This document shows positions 50,550 through 61,174 of a DNA stretch of 64,000 nucleotides, piece after piece. Under the pieces are notes generated by a model, which was not told where the DNA came from, searched no databases, and saw only the letters and a program-made list of their open reading frames with translations. The DNA is from an uncultured virus (IMG/VR IMGVR_UViG_3300043411_001904) (taxonomy: Duplodnaviria > Heunggongvirae > Uroviricota > Caudoviricetes): IMG/VR virus record IMGVR_UViG_3300043411_001904; one strand, 5' to 3'. Every line of letters begins with the position of its first letter. Position 1 is the stretch's first letter. The position numbers were made by a program, and so were the translations under genes.

Positions 50550-52220
50550 ATGTCATCACTTAAGCAGGATTTAGATAAGCGAATACCAAGAGAACAGCAA
50601 TTAAAATGCCTAAAGTTCATTGATGAGACTCACTCATCAAATAGTGAGAAGAAATTTTTTTTATTAAATTTACCGACCGGAGTTGGAAAAAGTCATTTAG
50701 CATTAATGATATCAGATTGGTACTCAAAAAAAATTAATGGTGGATCTAAAATTGATATAATAACAAATTCCAAAATATTACAAAATCAATATATGGGAAC
50801 TTATGATTCCATAAACGATTTAAGAGGCAAAGAAAATTATAAATGTGACAAATTCGATTCAAATTGTCAACAAGGGGGAGAATTCAATAGATTGAATAAA
50901 TCATCCTGTGAATTTTGCCCACACTCTTTTGCCAGAGAACAATTCTTGTTTGGTAAAATATCACTAACGAATTTTTATCTATATATTCTATACCAACTTT
51001 ATAAGCCTAAAGTAATGGAAGCAAGAGGATCAGACATCCTGATTGTTGATGAAGCTGATCAATTTGATGATGTTATGAGTGATTTCATATCTATAAAGAT
51101 AACAGAATTTACAATAAAAAAATACAAATTCTCTGATCAAGATAAAATAATTAAAAGACTAAAATCAATTTCTTCAATATCCGATTATGTTGAGTTCCTA
51201 GAAAGACTAAAAATCGACATAGCAAATACATCAACAGAAATCAAAATGTCTATGGGATCAATTGATCGAACAGCAACATCGGATAAAAGAAATAACAAAC
51301 TATCCAAAATATTTAACACATCAAATCCAGATATAAAGCTAATACAAATACTAGTTGATTTAGAACAACTATCATCCAAAATAGAAATTTTTCTAAATGA
51401 ATATAAAGAAAATCCAAACAATTGGGTTCTAGAATCCCAATATAACCCAAAGACTAAGCAAAATGAACTATCCTTAGAACCAATATGGGCATTTGACTAT
51501 CTGGACAAGTATGTATTTAGTAAATACAAAATGGTATTTCTAATGTCTGGAACAATTCTCAATAAAGAAATATTCTGTAGAATGAATGGATTGGAAATGG
51601 ATAAAGCTGTATACTACTCCATAAATTCACCATTTCCACTCAAAAATAGACCTATTTATTATCTGCCTGTTGGAAAAATGTCATATACTAAAAAGGAAGA
51701 AACATTCAAAGAATTTATTCCAATGATATCCAAAATATTAAACAAGTATCATGATAAAAAAGGAATTATACACACAAATTCATTTGAATTATCCAATTGG
51801 ATCGAGAGAGATATAAAAGACAAAAGGCTAATATATCATAACCCATCAAACAAAGATGAAATTCTCGAATCTCACTTTGCGGTCGATAAGCCTACAGTAT
51901 TAGTATCCCCAAGTATGGATACTGGAGTTAGCTTTGATGGTGAAAAAGCAAGATTTCAAATAATAGCAAAAGTACCTTATCCAAGTCTAGCATCTCAAAA
52001 AAATAAACTCAGAAAAGAAAATGATCCAGATTGGTATGCTTACCGAACTGTCAGTGGACTTATACAAGCATATGGTCGAATAATAAGATCTGAGAGTGAT
52101 TCAGGAGACACTATAATAATAGATTCATCATTTGGTGATGTTCTAAGATATAGTTCCAAGTTTATACCAAATTGGGTACAAGAATCGATTAAAAAAATCG
52201 ATATCAAGAAGACTCATTAA
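50550..52220 (+). CDS. DinG/Rad3-like SF2 helicase
   Basis: PTGVGKS; Cys cluster; DEAD; MSGT; KVPYPSL; QAYGRIIRS..D.G. Confidence 0.88.
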   Translation: MSSLKQDLDKRIPREQQLKCLKFIDETHSSNSEKKFFLLNLPTGVGKSHLALMISDWYSKKINGGSKIDIITNSKILQNQYMGTYDSINDLRGKENYKCDKFDSNCQQGGEFNRLNKSSCEFCPHSFAREQFLFGKISLTNFYLYILYQLYKPKVMEARGSDILIVDEADQFDDVMSDFISIKITEFTIKKYKFSDQDKIIKRLKSISSISDYVEFLERLKIDIANTSTEIKMSMGSIDRTATSDKRNNKLSKIFNTSNPDIKLIQILVDLEQLSSKIEIFLNEYKENPNNWVLESQYNPKTKQNELSLEPIWAFDYLDKYVFSKYKMVFLMSGTILNKEIFCRMNGLEMDKAVYYSINSPFPLKNRPIYYLPVGKMSYTKKEETFKEFIPMISKILNKYHDKKGIIHTNSFELSNWIERDIKDKRLIYHNPSNKDEILESHFAVDKPTVLVSPSMDTGVSFDGEKARFQIIAKVPYPSLASQKNKLRKENDPDWYAYRTVSGLIQAYGRIIRSESDSGDTIIIDSSFGDVLRYSSKFIPNWVQESIKKIDIKKTH

Positions 52221-53539
52221 GTAGCATCAGGCACAAAATTAGCATATTGTAGGGTATACTTAGATTTCAAATAATCAATACCATCATCTGAAATATTTTT
52301 AATGACTGTCCCATCAGGTAATTTAACATCATAGATGTAGTCCTCGAACTCATCCTTCTCAATATCACTTGTTCGTGGTATATCAATCACAACCTCATCC
52401 AATTCTCCCTGAACACTATCCAAATTCTGATCAAATGAAATTCTATAATCCACCACCCTAGTAAATATGTTATTAGGGGATCCATTAATTTTAAATGTGG
52501 ACATGAGATCGGAAACCTCTTCAACATCATCCTCATCATAAGAGAACACAACCCCAATATCTGTAACATATGGATCTCCAATAATACCACGTATAACAGT
52601 ATCCCCGATTTTAAGAGATGGACCAATTCGTCTAAGATGACCCAACTTTCTTAGTTTCTTTGTGGCCTTTCTAAATATCTTATTACGATTTCTTTTCATT
52701 GATGACTTAACAGCACTTATAAGTGATTTAATAACACCATCCAATGCTCTTATTGGTTTCCAAAGTCCTAAAATAATCTTCATTGGAAGATTAATTATCG
52801 TCGATAAAATAGATAGATTTTTCTTATCTGTAATTGCGGGCAAATATTTAATAGGCTCTAAAATTGGAGCAACATTTTTAATATCTTTAATTATTTTTAA
52901 ATAAAGCTGAACAATTATGACCGTTGCACTTATTGCAAGAGCAATATTCCAAGGTGGGGAAGTTATAATAAGCGTTATTCCAGGGATGGAACTAGATGTT
53001 TTAATTATAGCCAATATCAGCTCTTTAGCTAATTCCTTAGATGACTTAAAAAGAGTAAATACTGCCTTTTTAATGCTTGTCTTTATTCTTTTGATCTCTT
53101 CATAGAATTCTTTTAATTTATCTTTATAAATTCTTTTAGATTCTCGAATTTCTTCAACTTTTTCTTTCTTTCTCTCCTCGAATTCTCTTTTTCTTTTTTC
53201 GCTTTTTTCCTGACGAGCCCTTTTCCTTGACTCTCTTTCAATTTTTCTTATTTCTCTTTGTTCTTTAGATAGGTCACTATCCATAACAACATCATCTAGC
53301 TCATCATCTGATTCATTCGGAAACTCATCTACAGATTCCTCAACTTTTTTTATAAGAACATCCTCATCATCAACTATAAGATCAATTTGTTCTTTAGTTA
53401 GTTTCGGATTTTTAACAGCTATAAGTTTCTTTACCGCATCATCATCAGATAGCAAGTATGGAGTGATATCAAATTCGGTAGAATATGATTGGTCCTCAAA
53501 CTTGCTTATATTCGACGTTAAAGTATCAAATCTAGCCAT
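52217..53539 (-). CDS. Hypothetical protein
   Basis: 440 aa; charged coiled coil then hydrophobic helices. Confidence 0.5.
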   Translation of the reverse strand: MARFDTLTSNISKFEDQSYSTEFDITPYLLSDDDAVKKLIAVKNPKLTKEQIDLIVDDEDVLIKKVEESVDEFPNESDDELDDVVMDSDLSKEQREIRKIERESRKRARQEKSEKRKREFEERKKEKVEEIRESKRIYKDKLKEFYEEIKRIKTSIKKAVFTLFKSSKELAKELILAIIKTSSSIPGITLIITSPPWNIALAISATVIIVQLYLKIIKDIKNVAPILEPIKYLPAITDKKNLSILSTIINLPMKIILGLWKPIRALDGVIKSLISAVKSSMKRNRNKIFRKATKKLRKLGHLRRIGPSLKIGDTVIRGIIGDPYVTDIGVVFSYDEDDVEEVSDLMSTFKINGSPNNIFTRVVDYRISFDQNLDSVQGELDEVVIDIPRTSDIEKDEFEDYIYDVKLPDGTVIKNISDDGIDYLKSKYTLQYANFVPDAT

Positions 53540-53558
53540 AAATTATATATTCCAATAA

Positions 53559-54380
53559 TCACTGCTCATTAATTGGATCACCTCCAATTTTAGACTTGTC
53601 AACAAGATCATATTCCACATCTTTAATATCAGGCTCCTTTAAACTGAATTTATCTTTTAACCTCTTTAATAAAAAGCTCATAGAGTTTTTAGCTAAAAGA
53701 GTCGTTACACTAGCACCAATGGCCAAAAAATTACCAATGATGGTATCAACATTCATTTCGTATTTTCCAACCAAGGCATTAATTGCATTCATAATTGGAA
53801 TAAGAAGAGCAGTATATCCGAATATGTCCAATAGACCCTTAGTTGAATATTTCGAATTTTTAAACAAAAGTGATATCAAATTACTTATCGATCTAAAACC
53901 ATTGACAAATTTCTTAACCAACCCATTTCCTATACCCCTCATTTTCAATTCTTCAAGTATGGTCCGAATATCAGACCTTGTAACTTTGCTCTTTATTTTA
54001 CCATTTTCACATTTATCACATCCAGAATCACAATCTAAACAATCCACCTCCACGTCTCCCGATTTATTTTTTATATTTTCTAGATATAGTATGGATATTG
54101 TAGCTATTGAAAAAAGGGCCAACGTCTCTTGTGTTAATTCGATCTTTAAGTTTCCGTTTTTTATTAAATTTTCCACTATCGGCATCATCGCACCAACTCC
54201 AGCTCCAAATTTTAAAACTAATCCAAAATTAAACTTGATGTCACTAGATAACTCCTTTAATATCTTTTTAACATGAGATAAATCCAAAGATTCATTTATT
54301 ATTGGATTCTCTAGATTTTTAATAAGAAAATCCAACATCTCATTCGATCTCGAATAATCTGAATACCTGAGAACCCTCAT
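53559..54380 (-). CDS. Hypothetical protein with DnaJ-like Cys motif
   Basis: CLDCDSGCDKCENG. Confidence 0.5.
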   Translation of the reverse strand: MRVLRYSDYSRSNEMLDFLIKNLENPIINESLDLSHVKKILKELSSDIKFNFGLVLKFGAGVGAMMPIVENLIKNGNLKIELTQETLALFSIATISILYLENIKNKSGDVEVDCLDCDSGCDKCENGKIKSKVTRSDIRTILEELKMRGIGNGLVKKFVNGFRSISNLISLLFKNSKYSTKGLLDIFGYTALLIPIMNAINALVGKYEMNVDTIIGNFLAIGASVTTLLAKNSMSFLLKRLKDKFSLKEPDIKDVEYDLVDKSKIGGDPINEQ

Positions 54381-54384
54381 ATAA

Positions 54385-54759
54385 TTACTTCTTTTTTCTC
54401 CTCTTAAGAATAGCGGCTTGTAGTCCCTTCGGTAATTTCTTTTGTTTAGCTGTTAGACCAGTTGACTTCGGAGACTCATCTTCCTCATCTTCCTCCAAAT
54501 CTTTCTTTTTGGACTTCTTTCTCTCCTCAATTACTTCATCACCCCAAACTCTTCGTCTAGGAACTTCTATTTTCTCTTCCTCATCAGGATCAGGATCACA
54601 ATCAGGATCAATTTCTGGATCACAATCGTCTGGAGAAACTTCCCTCATTCCTCGAACTCTATCCAAATATCCTTGCTCATCCATCTCTTCGGATTCCTCT
54701 TCAGGAGTTTCAGTGTCATTACTTAGATAAAAATTTTCGAATTTCTTTAGGTGCTTCAT
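54385..54759 (-). CDS. Acidic small protein with MKHLKKFENF motif
   Basis: C-terminal LTAKQKKLPKGLQAAILKR. Confidence 0.55.
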   Translation of the reverse strand: MKHLKKFENFYLSNDTETPEEESEEMDEQGYLDRVRGMREVSPDDCDPEIDPDCDPDPDEEEKIEVPRRRVWGDEVIEERKKSKKKDLEEDEEDESPKSTGLTAKQKKLPKGLQAAILKRRKKK

Positions 54760-54839
54760 TTAGAATTGATATATTTTTTAATATATATTAAAGATTTCAA
54801 TGAAAAAGATGCTTTATGACACTTTTTCAAAAATATAAT

Positions 54840-55283
54840 ATGAAGATAGAAAAATTCAACAATTTTAATAATGATTTATCAATCTTAATTGATATTTTTG
54901 AATGTGAAATATATGATGATTTTGATATAAAAAGCATTAAGTGGTGGGACAATGACCAAGATTCGGGATTTTTCAGAGAAAATGGAATCATTCGAGACTT
55001 AAATAACAAAGGCCCTAAAGAATCCTTAACAATAGAAATGAGGGATGAAACCACAAAGATATTAAATTTCATATCTAAATACATCTCTGAAATAGACCCA
55101 AAATATTCTACAGAAATTAAATACCTAGAAAAAGACCAAATAGAAACCAACGACTTCTGTCAAAGAATATCCAATCTATCCAGCTATGAAGTTAATAAAG
55201 TATACTTCAGACACACACGAGGCGGATACATTCCAGAACCTGGTTCTGTGTTGGGATTCGAACTTTTATTGAATAAACAATAG
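54840..55283 (+). CDS. Hypothetical protein
   Basis: MKIEKFNNF start. Confidence 0.5.
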   Translation: MKIEKFNNFNNDLSILIDIFECEIYDDFDIKSIKWWDNDQDSGFFRENGIIRDLNNKGPKESLTIEMRDETTKILNFISKYISEIDPKYSTEIKYLEKDQIETNDFCQRISNLSSYEVNKVYFRHTRGGYIPEPGSVLGFELLLNKQ

Positions 55284-55306
55284 GGGTCTTTATAATATAA
55301 TGTGTC

Positions 55307-56638
55307 ATGACGACTTCTTTAGAAAAAGTATTTTTTAATTACATATTAAAAAATAAAAAATACTTCGATATTGTAATGCCTTATTTCTTTAGAAACACAG
55401 AAATACAATTTGTATATGGAACTCTTAAAGAATACATATCAAAAAGTATTGATGCAAAAGTTCCGTCAGCTAGGCAAATTTGGGATATGGTAAATTTAGA
55501 TGATAAAGAAGGACTAATAACCAAAGAAATATTAAAATCTATCTTAACAACTAATTTAGAAGAATATGATGAAAAGAACTTCACCGAGCCTAAATTCAAC
55601 GCTTGGGTACTAACAAACAAATTAAAAGCAGGAACAGTAGAAATTGTCGATGAATCAAGAAATCTCGATAATATATCTGATTTCGAACAAGCATTGGAGT
55701 CAGCTAATAAAATAAAATCCATAATAGACGAGGTATCATCGACAAGTTTTTTAACTGATGATAATATGGGATCTGATTTTGATGAAGCTGATAACCATAT
55801 CCAAGATTCTAGTAGATTCAAGGTAAAATCAGGATTTCCAACAATTGATCATATGTTAAATGGTGGATGGGATCAAGGAAGCTTAAATATTCTAATGGCT
55901 GAGACATCAAATGGCAAATCTCTATGGATGCAAAATTTTGCATTTAAGTCCGCAGATCTTGGGTACAACGCCTTATATGTAACATTAGAAATGAGCGAGC
56001 GAAAGGTCCTAAAACGAATAGGATCTATGAGGCTCAAAATACCTATAAATGACTATGATCAAGTCAGTATGGATACAAGCTTCATTAAGAAGAAAATATC
56101 AGCCCTAGGTGGCAATTCTACTCAAGGGGGTGATCTTTTTCAAAATAAAATAGGAAAAATATATACAAAGTTCTGGGCCGCTGGAACAGCCACCATAGTC
56201 GATATCGATAATTATATACAAAAGCTTCAGCAAAAAAAGTCCATAAAATTCGATTTAATCATAATCGATTACATAACCCTAATTGCTCCCACAAAGGGAA
56301 ATGCTGAAAGTCTTTACCTAAAAGGCAAACATCTAGCCGAGGGATTAAGAGCATTAGGAGCTAAATATAAAGCCCCAGTAGTGACTGGAATACAGGTAGC
56401 TAAAGATGCTTGGAACTCTGTTGATATAACTCTAGGATCAGTCCCAGAGTCAAAAGCTATTGCTGAAACAGCCGATACATTTTTTGCTATAATTAGAAAT
56501 TCCGAAATGAAAAGGCAAAATCTATATAGATTAAAGCTTCTAAAGCAACGTGATGGAGATTTTCTAAAATCACAAGTCAAAATAGTACTGAATCCAACGT
56601 TTCTAACATTGGAAAATGATCAATTTGTGGATCAATAA
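55307..56638 (+). CDS. Replicative DNA helicase (DnaB/T4 gp41-like)
   Basis: AETSNGKS; YVTLEMSE; IIIDYI; ES..IAETAD; LKQRDG. Confidence 0.9.
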   Translation: MTTSLEKVFFNYILKNKKYFDIVMPYFFRNTEIQFVYGTLKEYISKSIDAKVPSARQIWDMVNLDDKEGLITKEILKSILTTNLEEYDEKNFTEPKFNAWVLTNKLKAGTVEIVDESRNLDNISDFEQALESANKIKSIIDEVSSTSFLTDDNMGSDFDEADNHIQDSSRFKVKSGFPTIDHMLNGGWDQGSLNILMAETSNGKSLWMQNFAFKSADLGYNALYVTLEMSERKVLKRIGSMRLKIPINDYDQVSMDTSFIKKKISALGGNSTQGGDLFQNKIGKIYTKFWAAGTATIVDIDNYIQKLQQKKSIKFDLIIIDYITLIAPTKGNAESLYLKGKHLAEGLRALGAKYKAPVVTGIQVAKDAWNSVDITLGSVPESKAIAETADTFFAIIRNSEMKRQNLYRLKLLKQRDGDFLKSQVKIVLNPTFLTLENDQFVDQ

Positions 56639-56653
56639 AAAAAATTAGATAAT

Positions 56654-57604
56654 ATGTCTAAAAAAAAGATAGAGATAAGTGAAGAAGAGTTCGAAGAAAA
56701 TGAAGATCCAAATATAGAAAGCACTGAAGAATCAAACGAATCTTCTGACTCAGAAGAAAATGAATCAGATGATTTTATATCTGACGAAGATGAGATAGAT
56801 ATAATTATTGAAATATCAGACGATGACTTAGATTTATCCTTGGATATTAAAGATGTTGAAAAAGAAATAGATACATCCGAATCTATAGATGATATAATAT
56901 TGTCTAAACATCAGATGGAAGGAAAACACTCTCTGAAATATGATTCAATTTTCAAAGGCAAAAAGGAAGAAAAAATATCCGAAGATGATAACACCTTAGG
57001 ATACTTTAATGAAAAATTCGAAGTAGATAAATCGTCTTTCTTTTACACCGAATCATTTGAAAATGAACAATATAATAGATCAAAAGGACTAAAAGAAAAA
57101 GTCTATATTGTTTTAGCTGAACACACGAATATAAACTTCTTAAATAATAGAAGAAAACCATCTAAAATTGATTTTAATAACTATTACTATTTATTAGTTC
57201 AAAATCTAAGCCAAGAAAAATTTACTAATGTCGAGTTATTCAATGAACTATCAGTCTATTTTTCTGATAATTTATTCAACATGTTTAAATTATTAGATAA
57301 CAAATGGAGAAACATGATAATAAACGAACTTCAAGACCATATCGGAAAAAATAAAAACTCCAAAGAGATCAAAAATAGAAACATATATGTTGGCACTGAA
57401 GTAGAATTCACACACGAAGATAATTTAGGAGAAGTAAAATTATACACTGGAGTAATAACAGAGACAATATATGAGGAGTCAACATTTATAATCGACTCAT
57501 ATGAAAATCTATATGAAGTCGACATAATTAACATAACAAAAATACTTAATAATTCAAAATTCAAATACAATTTAAATAAACTAAACAACATTGATTTTCT
57601 TTAA
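56654..57604 (+). CDS. Hypothetical protein with acidic N-terminus
   Basis: 316 aa ORF co-oriented with the helicase. Confidence 0.55.
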   Translation: MSKKKIEISEEEFEENEDPNIESTEESNESSDSEENESDDFISDEDEIDIIIEISDDDLDLSLDIKDVEKEIDTSESIDDIILSKHQMEGKHSLKYDSIFKGKKEEKISEDDNTLGYFNEKFEVDKSSFFYTESFENEQYNRSKGLKEKVYIVLAEHTNINFLNNRRKPSKIDFNNYYYLLVQNLSQEKFTNVELFNELSVYFSDNLFNMFKLLDNKWRNMIINELQDHIGKNKNSKEIKNRNIYVGTEVEFTHEDNLGEVKLYTGVITETIYEESTFIIDSYENLYEVDIINITKILNNSKFKYNLNKLNNIDFL

Positions 57605-57675
57605 AATTTCAAGGAAGACATCTTTGTTAACAAAAATCGGTAAATATATATTTACCTAAAAAATAAATAAATAAA

Positions 57676-59991
57676 ATGGTAGAAACGATAGTAGAGGAAA
57701 AAATAACCAAGTCAGGAGATTTAATAGTAACCAAAAGAAATGGATCAAGAGAGACATTTGAAGCAGAAAAAATAAATAAAGTCCTAATTTGGGCAACATC
57801 TGGAATAAGTGGAGTATCAGCATCTGACGTTGCTATGAATGCTCAGTTACAATTTTATCTAGGAATTAAAACCTCAGAAATACACAAAGTTCTAATTCAA
57901 TCAGCAGTTGATATGATATCGGAAAAAAATCCAAACTATCAATATGTAGCCTCAAATTTATTAAACTATCTTTTGAGAAAAGAAGTGTTTGAAACAAAAG
58001 TCGAAATGCCAAATCTCATTGATTGTATAAAAAGGAATATTAAATTGGATCTATATGATTCAGGCATCCTAGAAAAATATAGCGAAGAAGAGATAAAGGA
58101 ATGTGAAGGATTCATAAAACATGATAGAGATTATGAATTGACATATGCTGGATTACAACAACTAATTGATAAATATCTTGTTAAGGACAGATCAACTGGA
58201 AAATCATATGAAACACCACAGTTCGCATTCATAATGATATCAATGACGGTATTTGCCGAGTATGAAAAATCAACTAGATTATTATATGTAAAAGAACTGT
58301 ATGATATGATATCTGAACATAAAATATCACTACCAACTCCAATAATGGCTGGTATAAGAACCCCAAATAGACAATTTTCTTCTTGTACACTAATAGAAAT
58401 CGGAGACTCATTGGATTCAATTTTTTATGGAAATGTAGCCATTGGACAATATGTTGCAAAAAGAGCTGGAATAGGAATAAACTGTGGATCAATTAGGGCA
58501 CAGGGATCAAAGGTGAGAAATGGCGAAGTTGTTCATACCGGAGTTATACCATTCTTTAAAATGTTCCAATCAACTCTACATTCTTGCTCACAAGGAGGAA
58601 TTAGAAAAGGATCCGCAACTCTATACTTCCCGTGGTGGCATAAAGAAATAGAAGATGTATTAGTTTTAAAAAATAACAAGGGAACAGATGACAATAGGGT
58701 TAGACATATGGATTATGGAATACAATTTGAAAAGGTATTCTATTCAAGATTTATATCAGATGGTGATATATCTCTGTTTTCACCCTCAGATGTCCCTGGG
58801 CTATATGATGTATTTGGACTACCAGAATTCGAGGAAATTTATTTAAAGTACGAATCTGATAAATCCATCCCAAGAAAAACCGTAAAATCAAGAAATCTAA
58901 TGAATGCGTTTGCACAGGAACGAATAGGAACTGGAAGGATGTATGTAATGAACATAGATAACGCCAATAATAATTCTCCATTTCTAGAAAGAATGAAAAT
59001 GAGTAATTTGTGTGCGGAAATAATACTACCCACAAATCCAATTGAGTCAATATATGATATTGATGACAAAAAAGAAAATGAAAATCGATCAGAAGGTGAA
59101 ATAGCACTGTGTACACTAGCAGCTTTCAATCTAGGTAATATTAAATCATTTAAAGAATTACACAAAGTAGCCGAATATATCGTAAGGATTCTTGAATACG
59201 TTGTTGAAAATCAAGATTATCCAATTAACGCGGCTAAGAAAATGACCAAAAGAAGATCAGTTGGTGTTGGAGTCACAAACTTTGCATACTGGCTAGCAAA
59301 GCAGGGGATAAAATATTCAGAAAAGGAAGCACTTTTCTATGTAGACGAACTATTTGAACATATTCAGTACTCACTACTTAAAGCATCCAATAAATTATCA
59401 AAAGAATTAGGACCATGTGAATGGTTCGATAAAACATCATACTCCAAAGGAATTCTACCTATTGATAGGTATAATAAAAACGTTGATGAATTAATAAAGA
59501 GAGACTATTCTTGTGATTGGGAATCTCTCAGAGATGACATTAAGACCTGGGGACTACGAAACAGTGTCCTAACAGCAATAATGCCAGCTGAATCCTCAGC
59601 GGTTGTTCAAAATGCCACAAATGGAATTGAACCTATAAGATCTTTAGTAATAACAAAAAAATCAAAATCTGGCCTTGTTAAGCAAGTTGCTCCAGAATCT
59701 ACAAAGCTAAAAAATAAATATGAATATGCGTTTGAAATGCCTCACAACCGAGGATATACAAACATAGTTGCTGTAATCCAAAAATGGATTGATCAATCTG
59801 TCGCCGCAAATCATTACTATCAATATTCCAATGATGGTATATCAATAGGTGGTGTAATCAAGGATATATTATATTCCTATAAGTACGGTCTAAAAACTTT
59901 ATACTATGCTAACACCGATGATAAAAAGTCCGATGATATGGAAACAATGGGCAATAGCTCTGGATGTGATGATGGCGGGTGTACAATCTAA
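57676..59991 (+). CDS. nrdA: Ribonucleotide reductase class Ia alpha subunit
   Basis: ATP cone VTKRNG; PTP; FSSC; SQGGIR.G; SNLCAEI; MPAESS; NATNGIEP; KTLYY; C-terminal CxxxxC. Confidence 0.96.
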   Translation: MVETIVEEKITKSGDLIVTKRNGSRETFEAEKINKVLIWATSGISGVSASDVAMNAQLQFYLGIKTSEIHKVLIQSAVDMISEKNPNYQYVASNLLNYLLRKEVFETKVEMPNLIDCIKRNIKLDLYDSGILEKYSEEEIKECEGFIKHDRDYELTYAGLQQLIDKYLVKDRSTGKSYETPQFAFIMISMTVFAEYEKSTRLLYVKELYDMISEHKISLPTPIMAGIRTPNRQFSSCTLIEIGDSLDSIFYGNVAIGQYVAKRAGIGINCGSIRAQGSKVRNGEVVHTGVIPFFKMFQSTLHSCSQGGIRKGSATLYFPWWHKEIEDVLVLKNNKGTDDNRVRHMDYGIQFEKVFYSRFISDGDISLFSPSDVPGLYDVFGLPEFEEIYLKYESDKSIPRKTVKSRNLMNAFAQERIGTGRMYVMNIDNANNNSPFLERMKMSNLCAEIILPTNPIESIYDIDDKKENENRSEGEIALCTLAAFNLGNIKSFKELHKVAEYIVRILEYVVENQDYPINAAKKMTKRRSVGVGVTNFAYWLAKQGIKYSEKEALFYVDELFEHIQYSLLKASNKLSKELGPCEWFDKTSYSKGILPIDRYNKNVDELIKRDYSCDWESLRDDIKTWGLRNSVLTAIMPAESSAVVQNATNGIEPIRSLVITKKSKSGLVKQVAPESTKLKNKYEYAFEMPHNRGYTNIVAVIQKWIDQSVAANHYYQYSNDGISIGGVIKDILYSYKYGLKTLYYANTDDKKSDDMETMGNSSGCDDGGCTI

Positions 59992-59995
59992 ACTA

Positions 59996-60024
59996 AAACC
60001 CTCCGAATTTCGGAGGGTTTTTTT
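59996..60024 (+). terminator. Intrinsic terminator after nrdA
   Basis: AAAACCCTCCGAA-T-TTCGGAGGGTTTTTTT. Confidence 0.85.
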
Positions 60025-60357
60025 ATATATACAATATGAACTACAAAATCCAGAAATCAATTGATCAAATTGATGATTTCTTTGGTGTACAAAAAGGAAT
60101 AAAAGTCACCCGAGCTATTCGAAATAAAGCTAAAATCGCAATATCCGATATCAAGTCTAAAGAAATATATAAAAATGACGAGTCTCTCCAAAATCTAATA
60201 GATGTCGTTAATGATGTTTTAAAAGCATCAGCTATTGGAACAGGATATATACTGATTCCAGGATCTGTTATTCTATTTCCTTTTATCCGAAAAGCTCTAC
60301 AAAAAAGCAAAATCGAAAAAATAAGAAAAATACTAGAATTGACAGTTGAAAAAGACA

Positions 60358-61128
60358 TCAAATAGATTCTTCTAAGTTCCACCCACTAGTCCTCCCCTTC
60401 ATAATGGGTATTTTTGTCTTTAAACATTTACGAAGAGTAGAATATGATATATTATTTTCTCTGCAAAAATTTCTCAATCCATTCGAAATAATAATTTTAT
60501 CACCACTCGGATTTGTGACAATCCATTTTCTACAAGAATGACTCCCATTTATAATAATTCTTTCTTTCGCTTTCTGTGATATTTTACTTTTTGTTTCTTC
60601 AGTTAACTTAACTCCCCATCTAGGATTATTTTCTTTGGAAGTAGAATCAGATATCTTCTTTTTTGTTTCTTCTGAATGTGAACGCTTATAAAGTCTGTGA
60701 TTTTCTTTTATGGAGATTCTTCTCTTCTCGATTTCTTCTTCCCACCTATCTCCATATATTTCTTTATATGTTTTTCCAAATAAATTAGGTGGTTCGTTTT
60801 TTAAGCACAAATTCAGAAGGGGACCGTCAACTATATCAGATATAAAATCTGATCCAATTTGAGATATCAATTTTATTTCATTTTGATAAGCCAAATTCTC
60901 CAATTCTGTATGATTGAATACTTCAATATATGGATTAATTCCTGTTCTTATCAACTTTGAAATTTTATTCTTGAAAATTGGATTATCAATTCGAGATCTA
61001 TTTATATGACTTTGATATCGATTTCCTTTTCCCTTACCAACATAAAATGGTTCAAAAAGAAAACAAATCTCATCATAAGAATATTTTCCGTTTTTCCTCG
61101 GATCTAAATAAACATAATTATAATACAT
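60358..61128 (-). CDS. GIY-YIG homing endonuclease with NUMOD3
   Basis: YVYLDPRK; PFYVGKG; HSEETKKKIS; paralog of 49519-50514. Confidence 0.85.
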   Translation of the reverse strand: MYYNYVYLDPRKNGKYSYDEICFLFEPFYVGKGKGNRYQSHINRSRIDNPIFKNKISKLIRTGINPYIEVFNHTELENLAYQNEIKLISQIGSDFISDIVDGPLLNLCLKNEPPNLFGKTYKEIYGDRWEEEIEKRRISIKENHRLYKRSHSEETKKKISDSTSKENNPRWGVKLTEETKSKISQKAKERIIINGSHSCRKWIVTNPSGDKIIISNGLRNFCRENNISYSTLRKCLKTKIPIMKGRTSGWNLEESI

Positions 61129-61174
61129 AACACTTAACTTTAGTTTAGTGTATATATAATAATTTCAATCTATG

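Noticed and set aside
49490..50550. Group I intron interrupting the polymerase
   Set aside because: Flanks of the endonuclease are only about 30 nt and no downstream polymerase exon follows.
53596..54276. 226-aa plus-strand ORF and similar antisense ORFs elsewhere
   Set aside because: Shadow frames of better-supported opposite-strand genes.
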